DNA of 63,261 bases, filler included, from Sluysia triapertura (GCA_046118255.1; 5 parts of 5 records of this genome joined end to end with filler, not necessarily neighbours in it), one strand, 5' to 3'. Counted from the first letter of the whole stretch, positions 13,227 through 26,679 are shown. The notes: a model not told the origin generated them from the sequence alone. Numbers and translations are program-made.

Positions 13227-15646
13227 TACATTGTCAACAATGAAGGTCTACCTGCTTTAAAACAATTTTTTAATTTGTGATTCTTGCTAGGAATAAATAT
13301 TTATATTAATTTATAAATTTTCGGGCACGTATTTCTGTATGACATTAATGTCGTCATCAGACAAATGTTTAAACTTTTTAAAAAACTTTGTCAGTTAACT
13401 CACTAATATTTTATTTTACTTTTAACGAAAAGTAATATATTTTGTAAAAATTACAAACACTTAGCTTAATGATAAGCATTACAGATTTATCTTGTAACTG
13501 TGATTTTAGTCGCATGTTTAAAATATTTCTAAAATTTAAAATAACTTTCGAAAGAAGTTTAAAGTTTCATTTTAACAATATTAAATCTTGTAGAACTTAA
13601 ATAATGCTGAGAATAATATAACTTGTAATGTTGAAACGAACAATATTTTCCTATAAACTTTTGTAAATCAAAATTTTATTTTAAAATTATTCTTATTTTA
13701 TATTAAAAAATGTCGTTATTTTATCTATTTATTTCATTTTTATTACGCTATTAAATTTCTATAAAATTTCGTTTATTAAACAATAAAATGTTTTCTGATT
13801 AAATTTCTAAAAATAATTAAAAGATTTAGTTTATTTAAAATGGATTAATTTGTCGTAAATTTGTATTAAAAATTAAATAAAATGATTTTAATAAATTAAA
13901 CATAAACCAATGAATCATATACCAATTAGAAACCAATATACCTAATAAAGTAAAGTTTGATGTCAAAAAATTTATCTATCTAACGTAGAATGAAAATATT
14001 TTGTGAAAATATTTCACTAAATTTAATAAAAATTTCATTCCATAATAAAACTTTTACTTACACCACAAATAATAAAATTATTAATTAAAATTAGTTAACA
14101 TTTAACATCTTTAAACACAATTTATAACAATAATGAAATTTCATATCAAGTTTCGAACAAATTATAACTTATATTAAACATCGTTGTTATGAATATTATG
14201 AGTCATTTTTTCTCTTTCTTTGATGTCCTTCATTAGCAATATAAAATTTACATGAAATTATTGCAGGATAAAGTGAGAACGATCGAAGGAATGTTAAAGA
14301 AATGCCAATAAAAGTAAATACAACAACACTATTCGGAAGCTCAAATTAGTACAATCAATCTAGAAAAATAAAGGTCAGAAATAATTTCGAATCGGGTCCT
14401 TTTTTAATTTGAAACATTTGATAATAATTCTGGTCAGGATAATTGGAATCTGACTCTAAATTAACATCAATAAACATTGTTTCAGTCGTTCGGTCTTGTA
14501 CCCAATTATCATGAACATAAACAACAGTATGTCAAGTTTTCTGAATCTGACTGGAATGATCACATTCCAATTATTGACAATTTATCTGATCAAATAAATA
14601 CTTACAGTGATAATGAAATTATTCCGTTACGTAATAAGAGAGAGAGAGAGAGTCATTCTGATTCACTGAATTTAAAAATGAAATCTACTACATTGATAAA
14701 GAACAAATGAATCGAGTGATCATAAAGTAAAAAAATGACATTGGAAATGTTGGTATATAAAAAAAGATAAAACATCGGATTTAATTTTATAAAGTCTAAA
14801 AAAAGACCTTTTAACAGAAATTTTAAATAATCAGAAACATTCATTGAAACCTTTCAAACATTTAACGTTAGCTTTAGAAGAAATTTGAAGTTTATTCATT
14901 AGGTGATGGTGCAAAAAGATGTTTACTAAAAAGGAGAATTAATTGAAGCTATTGTTTAGTACAACGCGTAGAATTATGAGAACATGTTAATAGCAAGAAA
15001 GTCGTCAGAGAGTGAATAAACGAACATATATAATTACCTCCTAATTGTGATGGCCGGGTGGTATTGTAATATTGAATGGAAAATATAGGTATTAGTTCGA
15101 AATTATCTTTATTATAAAAGGAATTACTAGATCTGGGCTTAAGGCCCGCTGCAAATTTTAAAATCACTTTATAAAAATCAATTTTATGAAAAGTGGACTT
15201 AAGGTCTTTTTCGTTGTTAAAATTAAACAGACTGATATTACGGAAATTCGGCTTAATGCCTTAAATCTATGAGAATATTGCAATTTAAATGAATGACATA
15301 AAATAAAATAAAATTTTGACATATATTCAAAATAAAACCTTACCACACCACACATTTTTAAATTTAAGATGTCCTGGAAGTCTTTAGGATAGATGATACT
15401 AAAACAAATAAAACTTCGGATTACGAAATCTGATAATAATATAAAACAAACTATGCCAAAATAACCAATCAAATAAAATCTCGTTCAACCAATATCGATA
15501 AATGTTGGCAATCATAGAATAAAAAAATTAAATTAATATCGAAAACGTTTAGATAAACTTCAAATTATGCGAAAATACTACAATGATTTATGTTTTTAGT
15601 AGAACAAATCAAGAGCCGTTTTAAGCTCGTAAATGTGGTGGCAACC

Positions 15647-16346
15647 TATTTCCTAACGAGTTTTAAATAATTACATAAACTTTTGTTAACTTAATATTTA
15701 CTCTCAAAATCTACAAATTATACACTAAACTAAATCAACACATTCTACATAAAACCATACTCTTAAACATTTTAACATTCCCATATTTATCTCTTTTACA
15801 TCCATTAAAAACATCTAAACACATAATCTCATAACATTCTACACCATTAAATTACAGTAAAAACTCATTCAAAAAATTTTTTATTCTTCATTTCCAAACA
15901 ATTCAATTTCAACCACATTCCAAATTAATTATCATACACTTTCAAATCTTTTCAAACACTCTAAACTCATGATCTTTTATCATTAAATTCTTCAAGGCTG
16001 GTAAATATATAAGAAAAGATTGTATTTCTTCTTTATTTTAACTTTTAATATGTTTAGAAATTGAAGAATAAAATATTTTTAATGAGATTTTATTGTAATT
16101 TAATGGTTTAGAATGTTACCAGATTATGTATTTAGTTGATTTTAACGGATGAAGATGTTTTTAATGGATGTAAAAGAGATAAATGTGGAAGTATTAAAAT
16201 GTTTAAAAGTATGGTTTTATATAGAATGTGTTGATTTAGTTTAATGTTGTTTTCTGTTGATTTTTTAATGTGATTTATAGATTTTGAGAATGATTATTAG
16301 GTTAATGAAAGTTTATGTAATTTTTATAAAACTTATTATGGAAATA
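15647..16346. repeat. Long imperfect inverted repeat (foldback); arms ~15647-15900 and ~16050-16346
   Basis: Paired examples: taaactaaatcaacacattctacataaaaccatac with gtatggttttatatagaatgtgttgatttagttta, and atctcttttacatccattaaaaacatct with agatgtttttaatggatgtaaaagagat. The left arm begins with a QPIS-LTS-like (RPIS) LINE RT relic. Confidence 0.85.
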
Positions 16347-17177
16347 AGTAAAAATAAAGCAAAATAACGTCGCATCAGTAAATAAGCCGAAGAAATCTGA
16401 AATAAAGAATAAATTTTCTGCTTAAAGCAATTCGATTAATCATATCAAATCAACTCATTTTAACATTGTCGAACACTTATATGCGAAAGATAAAGTTGCT
16501 TTAAATTTTAAATTATAAATTAAAATTCAAACTTAGTTCACAAAGTTTCGTAAAAAAGTTAAACATAATAACAAAAATATTTTCTTTTTAATTAAAAACT
16601 TATAAAAATTAACATTTTTATATGCAATTCAGCACAAATTAAACTCAAATGCAACTAATATAATCGATAACGCAAAAACTTATTTCATAAATCCATTACC
16701 ATATTCAATAAATTCATGTTAGAAACATTCTAAATCTGATAATATGTCAAATATTAAGTATTATTATTAGTAGTAGTAATAGTAGTAATTTACTATTTTA
16801 AATTGCATTTCTTGCAATAATTGATATTAATATTAAGCAAATATTAGCATTAAATAAATATTAGTAACAAATATTGTATTACTGATCATATTACTTATTA
16901 CGTAATTCAAAATTTAATACTTTACAAGGAAAAATATCAAAGATGTTGTGTGTTATAAAAGTTTAAACAACGCATTATAATTAAAATAAATTAATGACTA
17001 AAGAAACATTGAATTATTTAATAAATGATTTGTTTGAAATATTAACATATTGTTTTCCATGCAGGTTTTTACAAATTTCAACTATGTAACTCAATTTAAT
17101 TTAATATTAATTAATTTTACTTAATGATTTTATTTATTTATAAATAAATTATATGATTATTTTCTTATTTTATAATT

Positions 17178-17207
17178 TTATTATTATTATTATTACTATT
17201 ATTATTA

Positions 17208-17258
<51 letters not shown>
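17178..17258. repeat. (ATT)n microsatellite
   Basis: Direct. Confidence 0.95.
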
Positions 17259-20200
17259 GTCGTTGCTTTAGCTACTTCTGGCTATTTCTAGGAATGACTT
17301 CAAATTGTTAGATTATTCTTTTTATTTTGACTTCTCGTTATTTATGCTTCTTTTTCTCACTTGTTTTTACTTTTTTATTTTCTTGTCAAAATTTAAAAAT
17401 GAGATTAAGAATGAATGTTCTGTTACCAACCTTTCCTTGAAATATTTATTGCCTTTTTATTGTGTAATACGTCATCAATTTTAATTAAAATTTCAGTTTG
17501 GTATCTATCTTCTGGTGCTTCGATTAAGTCAGTTTTATTCATTAGAGTAATTCGTAACGATAAATCGTCAAGTTTTAGTCTTTTGAAGATTGCCAATGAT
17601 TCTTTCCTCCATTATTCTCTCTTCTAATGACTATTTTGTTACACCTTATACTAAGTTAATTTTCTTACTTACATTTTCTGATTTGTAATCTTAAGTGTTT
17701 TGTCATTTAAAAGCTCGTTTTCTTGTTGATCCAGAAGTTGACAATGTTACATCATTATTTCCTCTACTTGCTTTCTCTTCAATAACTTTTACAATTTTCT
17801 TCAACCTTTTGACTGCTCGTGAGAATATTCTCATTAGCTAAATCAACATGTTCAAACAACATGTTCATTGTTATCAACCGGTAATTATTTTACTTGGTTT
17901 CATTTCCATATCTGTATCTATAAGTTCAAATCCATCAGAATTTTCTAAATTTGATTTTGGAATTAATTTTCCTTACAGACGTATTAATCAGTTCGACTTT
18001 TTCGTGTTCAGCTCTATATATTATTTTTTCTGATTCATTTACATTGTTTTTAGATTATTTTCCTTCATTAGATTATCTTGAATTAAGTTCCCTCGGTTTA
18101 ATAATATCCACAACAAGGATGTATAGTATAAGTTATAATTTTGTTCAAAAATGGATATTAAATTTCGTTATCATTATTAGCTACGTATAAATCATTAAAA
18201 AATTTTAGGATGTTAAATGTGGGAAATCTAGTAGAATGTAATGTGATTTAAATTGAAAAATTTGTTATTTGTGTTATGGGTAAAATTTTTGCTATAAACT
18301 GATTTTGTAATAAAATTAGTATCCTTAGTTGTACCACCACATTAATGCTCGTCCATGATATACCTGAAGTGTATAGATTCTAAAATTTTAATTTTTACAA
18401 AAGGCAATAAGCCTACATATGCTTTAATTATTAATAATAATGATCTTAAAGCATATGTTTTAATCGCATATTTGACTATCAAGTCAAAATATGTGGCAAA
18501 AATAAAAGTTTTCAGACATACGAGAAAATAAAAAAATGCAATAATTTTATATACAATATTAAATAATCATGTAGCTTATTGAATTTTATAGCATCCTTCG
18601 TTTCCTGCTTTTAAATAAGATTACGAAATTCCGTAGAGGATCAACTATTATTTTATTTTTGTAAGGGGTTATTCGTTCATCGTTGGTGCTCAAATTCATT
18701 ACTCGTGTAAAGATAATTTCTTTAACGTTACCATAGTATTGAACCACAAGTTATATTTCTTATATTTTATGCTAAAATCTTTCAAGATAGAATGACTTAT
18801 GAATGGGCGTGATAGACTTAATTGCTTTTCGATAAATTTAAATTCGTAAAATCTTTCTTTAGGGTTTATTACATTTAAGACATTAGGAACTTCTTTAAGA
18901 TTTGAGATATATTTAAGTAAATATTTATTATACGTTGTTTTGCCTTTTAAAACTATCAATTAATACCTTTACATTTAGTTTAGTTACAAAAAATACAGAT
19001 AAACCATGTACTGCACATTATTTACATAAAAATCAAGAGTTTGGATTATAATTTTTGCCATTTATAATTATAATTGTCCAGGATTTCTACTTCATTACTT
19101 GTACATCGATAGTGTTAATTAACTAAAATAAATCTTGTACATATATGCAACTCACTGATTGAAATATTAGAACACAAAACAGCGTTAAATTTATAACTCG
19201 TATAACAACTGAATACCGTGCTGTTTGATAAATATCTTATATACATAATTTTGATTATAATAATGGTAATGATAATAATATTAATAATGGTAATATTGAT
19301 AATAGTGATATAATAATAAAATGTTAATATTAATGTTAATAATAATAATATTAATAGTAGTATTAATAATAATAATACCAATAATAATAATAGCAATGAC
19401 AATGATAATAATGATAATAATAATTATTATTATTATAAAATTAAATAGTATTGAGTAGTAGCAGTGATGGTGGTATTAATAATAGTAATAATAATTGTAG
19501 GAGTTGTATAAGTAAAAAAAGGTTGAAGTGATTGGTGAATACGATGATGAGTAATTAAATGCGAATTGGTTATTTATTGCTCGTCGAATTTGTTTTTTTT
19601 AATGCGGTTGTAATGATGCATTAGGGATTTGAATCACCACAATTATAAAAATTATAAAAATATTTATTTATAAAAAGTATAACATTTTATAATAAAAACA
19701 ATACGATTTTGATTTTACGATTATTCGGAGAAAGTATCTATATTATGCTTGTTCAGAGGAAGAATATTTGCGAATATTCGGAGAAAAAATCATCACACTA
19801 AGTGTCCGTTAACTGACAGTTTGAACAAAGGATTTCTGCTAAATAAAATAATAAGTTATTTAAAATCAGTTTGAATTAAATTTACTAATATAAACTATTA
19901 TTTTAATTGGATTATGTCCTTATTTTACGTATAAATGAAATTTTTATTAAAATGTTAATTGCCATTCTTGTATTATAATAAAAATTATTATAGTTTAGTT
20001 TTATTGAGAATAGAATTACTTGAAGAGTTAATTATAAGTATAATAAATAAAATAAAATATAAGTATAATAAAATTAATGTGAATTACAGTTTCTATAAAG
20101 TAAAAATAACGTTTCAAAAAATAAAATAAAAGTAAAAAACAAAGATTTAAATAGAGCATAATCAAATAAAGTTAATGAAAACAGATAGATTAAAACAAGA

Positions 20201-21316
20201 GTTTAATTTTTTAAGTAATAAACGGTTCGTTAAGCACTTATATCTCGAACAAATGAGATAAATAATTCGAATAAAATTTTTAAAGTTTAATTGAATTAAT
20301 GTTGGTGCATAATTGTTCATACACATTAAGAACATGCACAATAAAAGGACGAACTTCCACATAACACATAAACTTCAACACATTTATAATTTTTACAGTA
20401 GTATAATTTATTTTGCTGATATATTTATATGATTGAAGAATATTAATTTTTCAAAATTTTACAATTTGAACAAAAATAAAACTGCATACTTTATGTTAAT
20501 GTAATAATTTTCAAAAAAGTTTAAATTATATGAATTCAAAAATCAAAATATCCGAACTTCTTCAAAGATTTATTGTTTTAGTTTTGTGAAAGAAACCTAA
20601 AAATTTATTTCAATATGCATTTGAACATTTTAGAGATTTACACATGGAATGTAATTTAAGCGATTATAGAGCAGAATCTACTGATGATTCCGGTATAGTT
20701 TCGAATAATTCAGCAAAAGGTGTTAAAATAGAAAGCGATGATGAATTAAATGAAAATGACGTTAGAGCTAAACAATTAAAGAGGACGAAAATGAAATGTT
20801 AAATTATTGGAGTCCGTTATGGATGGTACGAGATTTTACGGATTAATTTTAGGTTAAGGTTATAGAAATTTTGATCGTATTTAATAGTGTTTAATAAATA
20901 AAAGTAGAAATAAAACTCCACCTTATTATATTTATAAAAAATGTAATCAAATAAAAACTTTAAAAGGTCCATTTTAATACTGAAAATTCCACAAGTTCTG
21001 TTAAGTTTATATTCATGAGTCAAAATGGCCACTGGTAATCGTAAAAATTCCAAAAATTCATTTCGATTTGAAGTAGGACCGAGTTGTTGAGACTCTGCTG
21101 GTTTAGTAGCCGCAGCAGCCGATTGACTAGCGTAATACCGTGAATCAAAAACTATTTCATTAAAATAAAAGTTAACAGAGAAAAAACAAAAACAACAATT
21201 AATTGAAAATTTATATGAACGACTAAATAAGCATTTAATAAAATTCAAGTTAGAAAGTCCGTACATTGGGATGACGTTATTTAGATTCAAGAAATAATAC
21301 GCTAAAACTTTATAAC

Positions 21317-21505
21317 CAACGTTTCGTGCAACATGTAAACTTTTAATCGCTTCATCTCTGTAATCATGCTCTGAATTTAAAACATAATACGTTATAACCT
21401 CATAATCAACGTTTCGTGCAACATGTAAACTTTTAATCACTTCATCTCTGTAATCATGCTCTGAATTTAAAACATAATACGTTATAACCTCATAATCAAC
21501 GTTTC
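21317..21505 (-). repeat. 90-bp tandem repeat (~2.1 copies, 30-aa unit) inside ORF 20817-21569
   Basis: caacgtttc recurs at 21317, 21407 and 21497. The two full copies are nearly identical, with unit NVDYEVITYYVLNSEHDYRDE(V/A)IKSLHVAR. Confidence 0.9.
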
Positions 21506-21818
21506 TTAAAAGATAATACGTTATATCTTCGTCTTCATCACATTGTTCTATCATCATCATCATCATCATCTTTTACTAAAAGTTTTATTGAAACATAATC
21601 TTGAAATGCAGTTCAAATTATTTTAAAAATTATTGTAAAACTATTTTTAGAGTTCTAAAAATAGTATGGTTTGCCTAAGTAGGTTCAAACAAAAAATAAT
21701 AAAAATAATAAAAATAATAATCAAAGAATAAAATTAATAATAATGATAATAAATGAAATTAATAGTAAATATAGGAAGCAATAATAATACTAAGAATTAA
21801 TAGTAATAATAATAAAAA

Positions 21819-22660
21819 TTAATAATAATTTAATAATAAATTAATAACACATAAAATAATAATAAAATTTAATAATATAAACTGTTTCTTAGTAGCAAAA
21901 ATCGGTTCTTTAGTCATCACTGAAGAATAAATTGATGAAGCATCATCAGAATCTGATTTTTGCTTTATATTTTTGATATTTTGGAATCCAATTTCTTCTA
22001 ATGTGTTATTAAATAAAATATCTTGAGTTTTTATTCTAACTTCAATTTTGTTTAAATATTTTTCTGTAAATGCTCGATTTAATAAACATTCACGATTTAT
22101 GTGATATGAAAACGTCTTCGGTAACAAACTGATTGAAGTAGAAACATATTCCTTGTGTTGCAAAAAATTTGTATTAACACTTATTTGTTTCTTACAGCGA
22201 AAGCATTTATACTTTCGTCCGACTTCTAAAACATTATGATAAAACGGATGCTCAGATTCAATCACATTCTTAGTTGCTAAACCAATTTCTAAATTATTTA
22301 ATGAAAGTATTGATAATTACCATTATCCACATTAGAAATCCAGTTATTTTTATCCTCACAAATATTTTGCAAAGATTCTTTTTCAAATTCTAATATTTTT
22401 AATTTGTGTTCTGAAAAACAAAATACATCATAGAGTTTATTAATTTCTCGCTTATTATCTTGATCAGAATTAAAATGTGTTTTTTTAAATGTTCTGAAAG
22501 TTGACTCTATTATCGAAAAACTGTTGTCAATTTCTTCCTTTCTTTCTTTAAAAAAATTCATTAACTCATCTGTATTATTATTCAGTTTATTTATTTCATA
22601 CAACTCTTCTTCAATTCTTTTAGTGCAGTCTTCAGAATCCAAGCTAATACCAAAAGCCAT
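21819..22660 (-). CDS. Two-exon gene of unknown function: charged N-terminal region plus a PARP-type-like Zn finger (CxxC-x30-H-x4-C)
   Basis: ORF 22298-22660 joins ORF 21819-22265 in frame if the 32-nt GT..AG intron 22320-22289 is removed (..VDN-E-IGLATKNVIESEH..). The motif is GRKYKCFRCKKQI...SYHINREC. The 3' end is uncertain. Confidence 0.65.
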
Positions 22661-23409
22661 TAATAAATAACTAAAAACGAAATTAATACTACAATAAAAT
22701 TATGAAATAAAACTCTAAATATAACTAGAAAAATTCGATGGATGTAATATTAGAATATTAATTCGATATATGTAATATTTGAATAATAACTAAAAATTTA
22801 TATCATGAGATTTTAATTCCAAGAATTAAATTTAAATATTTAAATTTTTATTTTTTTATAACAAATTTTGAAATAGCCATAAATAATTTAAATGACGACG
22901 AAAAAAGTAACATTCTTCAAATAGTTTGCCTCTGCAAAAACTTTAATTTCTTTATAAATTAAAGTGCATAAAATATTTAAATCAAAAGAATGAAAGATAC
23001 AAAGAAAGAAAAATGTTTGTTCATGATAAAATAGCATTAGAATTAGTATGTTATGTTGAATTTTAATAGTATTTTCAATGTTGAAATGCTGCAACACGTA
23101 GGCCCAGATAATATAAAAATTAGTTATTATAATTAGTTTTTATTATCTAAAATTAATAACTAATAATTAGAATAATTAAAATATATATTAAATTAATGCT
23201 CATGAAGATAGCAACGTACGGCTGACACAAAATGTAAAATATAAAAGATTTCTATCAAAAATAAATTTAGTATTTGATTAGTTTTATCTTTATTTTAAGT
23301 TGATAAATTGTGTTAATAACAGAATGTTTATGTAGTTATGTTGAAAAGTGCTACGATTCTGGGTTATACCTAACCTACGATGCAAATAAGCCTAGATGAG
23401 TTCGACCTA

Positions 23410-24080
23410 ACAAGAACGACTTAAGTCTATAAGACGGCGGCCTATTAGGATTTATGATAAAAGAAACAGAAATAGATAAGGACGTAAGGCCTATAACAAG
23501 TATCTCTCCAAATTATGGCGACCTAATCGGATCTAATATGCACAAAGGTGTAAGTAATCCAAAGATCCAAAATAGAAACAATTTTATGATAATTAATTCT
23601 TTAAATTATTATTATTATTTGTTAATATTTTAGAGATTTTAAGTTAGCCTTTTACGGTCTAACTGATCAAAAATTGAATATTAAATTAGCCGTTTACGGT
23701 CTAATTTCTTGAAAACAAAAATTGGATTTTATTAAATTGAGCTATCCAGTTACGGTATAGCAGTCAAGACAATTATTTTAGTTATTATTATTACAACAAT
23801 AAAAATAAATTAGTAACTTCTATTACCAAATTTAATTACAGATAAAACTTTAATAATAATAATAATATGCAATTTAAATTTACTTAAATTCGATAAGAAT
23901 TTAGTTTATTATTTAGAAAACTAGAATTTAACTTATCCTTCTTAAGGTATAAGTTAAAAAGGTTTAAATTAAATTTGAGTATGATTTTACTCCTTCCTTC
24001 TTACGGTAAGGAGGTAAAAACTTATGTATAAAGAACTTACCAAATGCATGGAAATTTGTATTGGTCAGCGAATTCCAAAT
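23410..24080 (+). repeat. Dispersed repeat homologous to ~53260-53760, carrying a hairpin array (probably the 3' non-coding region of an LTR retrotransposon)
   Basis: Shared blocks in the same order at both loci: gacttaa(g/a)tctat, ccta(t/c)taggattt, ttttaagttagcctttta(c/a)ggtctaac, agtatgatttta. Confidence 0.7.
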
Positions 24081-24874
24081 TAAATTTTTCTGAAAAATTT
24101 CTTGTGTTTGTTCCAAAATTTACAATTACTTTTATACCTGTTTTCTGCTCTTATACGTGTTATTACACGTGTACTTATTTTTAATTCATTTAAACAAACT
24201 AATATTTTTCATTTAAATAAACTAATTTTTCCAAATATTTTTTCTTTATTTTTACTTTTAATTTATTTGAAATATTTTGTTTTATATTTTATTATTTTAT
24301 TTTTAAATATTTATTTAATTTGGAATATTTTATTTTATATTTTAATATTTTATTTTTTAAATATTTATTTTTTCTTTTACTTAAATACTTTATAATTCTG
24401 TAATATAATATTTATAATAATTTTATAGAATATTATCACATATAATCATAATTCAATCTTTTATACAATACAATAACAATGTAATCGCATATAATTCAAT
24501 TTTAGGATAACAGTTCAAGTTCAGGTTCTCATATCAGGCTCTGCTCTCACACCAACATTGGCTGATTTAACACTTTCCTTATCATCAAAGTCGATTAATA
24601 ATTTGCCATTCTTTGTATAGCACTCTTATATCCCATGAATAGTGGTTGTAATTCTTTAAGAATAAATTAAGAGGACTTACATAAGCATGAAGCATTTTTA
24701 TCTATACATTTTTTATATTTTATATTTGAACTTTTTATATTTTTATAAATTTTAATAAATTTTGATCTCGATACATGAAGTCCACTGAACTCAGCCTAGT
24801 TGTGTTGCTGGTACATGATCGTTAAAAAAATAGAACATATATATAAATTACTATTTTCATTCGTCGCTCTATTT

Positions 24875-25005
24875 CAATCCCTATTGTGTCTTATTTGTAG
24901 GAACTATCTAAATGAGTATTATATTGTAAGTTCTTCTTGTGGACATAATTATGACTATAAATGCATTGTAGATCTTTTTCATAATGATACTGCAAAGGTT
25001 CCTCA
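24875..25005 (+). pseudogene. RING-HC finger relic
   Basis: SLLCLICRNYLNEYYIVSSSCGHNYDYKCIVDLFHNDTAKVP fits C-x2-C...CGH-x-Y-(C>D)-x2-C...(K-C-P>K-V-P). Several zinc ligands are lost. Confidence 0.55.
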
Positions 25006-25214
25006 GAAACTATTTTCAATTCAAACTTACTTCTACACCTTTTCTTTCATCTTATCAACCTCCCAAATATCATTTTAATCAACCTGATCTTTCACCTGCT
25101 CTTATTCCGCCATAACGGAAACATAAAAGACGTACTCAAATAAAATATTTTTACAAAGCATTAGGTACTTATTCCAATAATATTTTCTTTTAAGCTTTGG
25201 GACAGAGCTTACCT

Positions 25215-25340
25215 ACTGTGGGAGGAATGTAAAATGTAATATATATTTTGTAAAAGAATTTTAAACATAATACTCATTTTCAATTTAAAATAACATAATA
25301 CTCATTTTTCATTTAAAATAATCTCATTCCTTTTAAAATA
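25215..25340 (+). mobile_element. Possible PPT and start of a 3' LTR, with short tandem repeats
   Basis: GGGAGGAA is immediately followed by TGT, then tandem taacataatactcatttt units. No matching second LTR could be established. Confidence 0.3.
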
Positions 25341-26679
25341 AACCCATATTTAACAAAATAATTGTTAAAATAATAATGCTTAAAAAATTACTAAGATTCT
25401 AATGCTTTAGTATCAATTTAAAATTAGATTACGTATAGTTAATATAAATTCAAAATTTAATAACAAATAACAATTAAAATTAAATTTGTGCAAATAATCA
25501 TTTTAAAGTAAGATTCAATAAAGACAATGTTGGAATATTATATTAAAATACTGAAAGAATTATTATTAGCAAATATAAAATTAATAATAGAAATTTTCAA
25601 CAATATTTTATTTTCAAAAATAAATCTTTTCTATTGGTCGAATAAAGTCGATAGTCATTCATATTGTTATTATTAGTCAATAATAAAGTCAAAAACAACA
25701 ACACTTTAATATATTTTAAGTAATTTGCAAAATAACAATTGAAAAACGAAATTGTTAACAACTGATAAAAACAAATGAAAATCTATCACAATAATAAATA
25801 TCAATTTTAGTCTAATTATATTAAAGGAATAAACTCTAAAAATGTCAATTTAACATAATACAAACTCACTTAAAAAGGAATCACTCATTTAAATTAAAAT
25901 CAGTATGCGATCACCCTAAGATAACAAAATTGACTACAAAATATGAGAGAGTGAATCCCCAAAAATATACTTTAGTTTTAATTAAAAATAGAAAATGTTG
26001 GGACAAAATGTACCTTAATATTCATTTAAAATAAAATTATTTTGAGTAGATCAATAATAAACCTTAAGTCTCTATGATAAAATATTCCAATATCTACAAA
26101 ATCTAACTATTATGGCAAACTATTCAATATTTAAAAATTTATTTTAAATATATAAATAAAATATTCTAATTAAAATCAATATTTATTTATTTAAAAAAAA
26201 GTAAAGTAAATTGTTACCAAAAGCATGGATCTTCTTGTTTGTAATCAGCGGCGAATAGAGTCATATTTTACGTGTGAATAAAAATTCCTAAGTATTCTAA
26301 TTTATACCTTTTTTGTCATTCAATCATTTCTAGATTCGCAATCAGGAATTATTCTTATACAAATCATCAAAACCTCTTTTAAAGATTAAACCGACTACAA
26401 CAACTTTGACACTTACATGGTACGACCTGTCAAGAAAAACAAAACAATTCGATTAACAATCAACTCTCATTTTTTTCTACTCTACTCGATCTAGTTTTTC
26501 ATGAATCATTTCTTACATTAAAATAACAATTATTATTATTATTGACATACTNNNNNNNNNNNNNNNNNNNNNNNNNNNNNNNNNNNNNNNNNNNNTTAAT
26601 TAATTAANNNNNNNNNNNNNNNNNNNNNNNNNNNNNNNNNNNNNNNNNNNNTTAAAATATGTGTCAACATCATCAGGAA

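Noticed and set aside
19115-19402. Leu/Ile-rich transmembrane ORF
   Set aside because: It is the translation of a degenerate (AAT)n microsatellite. The same applies to the poly-Ile in ORF 36709-36945.
19706-19806. KIX-like peptide YACSEEEYLRIFGEKI
   Set aside because: Too short, no clear exon boundaries, and possibly a chance resemblance.
23642-24019. CRISPR array or iron-responsive elements
   Set aside because: The context is eukaryotic, the repeats are not identical, the spacing is irregular and no cas genes are present. The loops are not CAGUGN, and the bulge is a 3' T rather than a 5' C.
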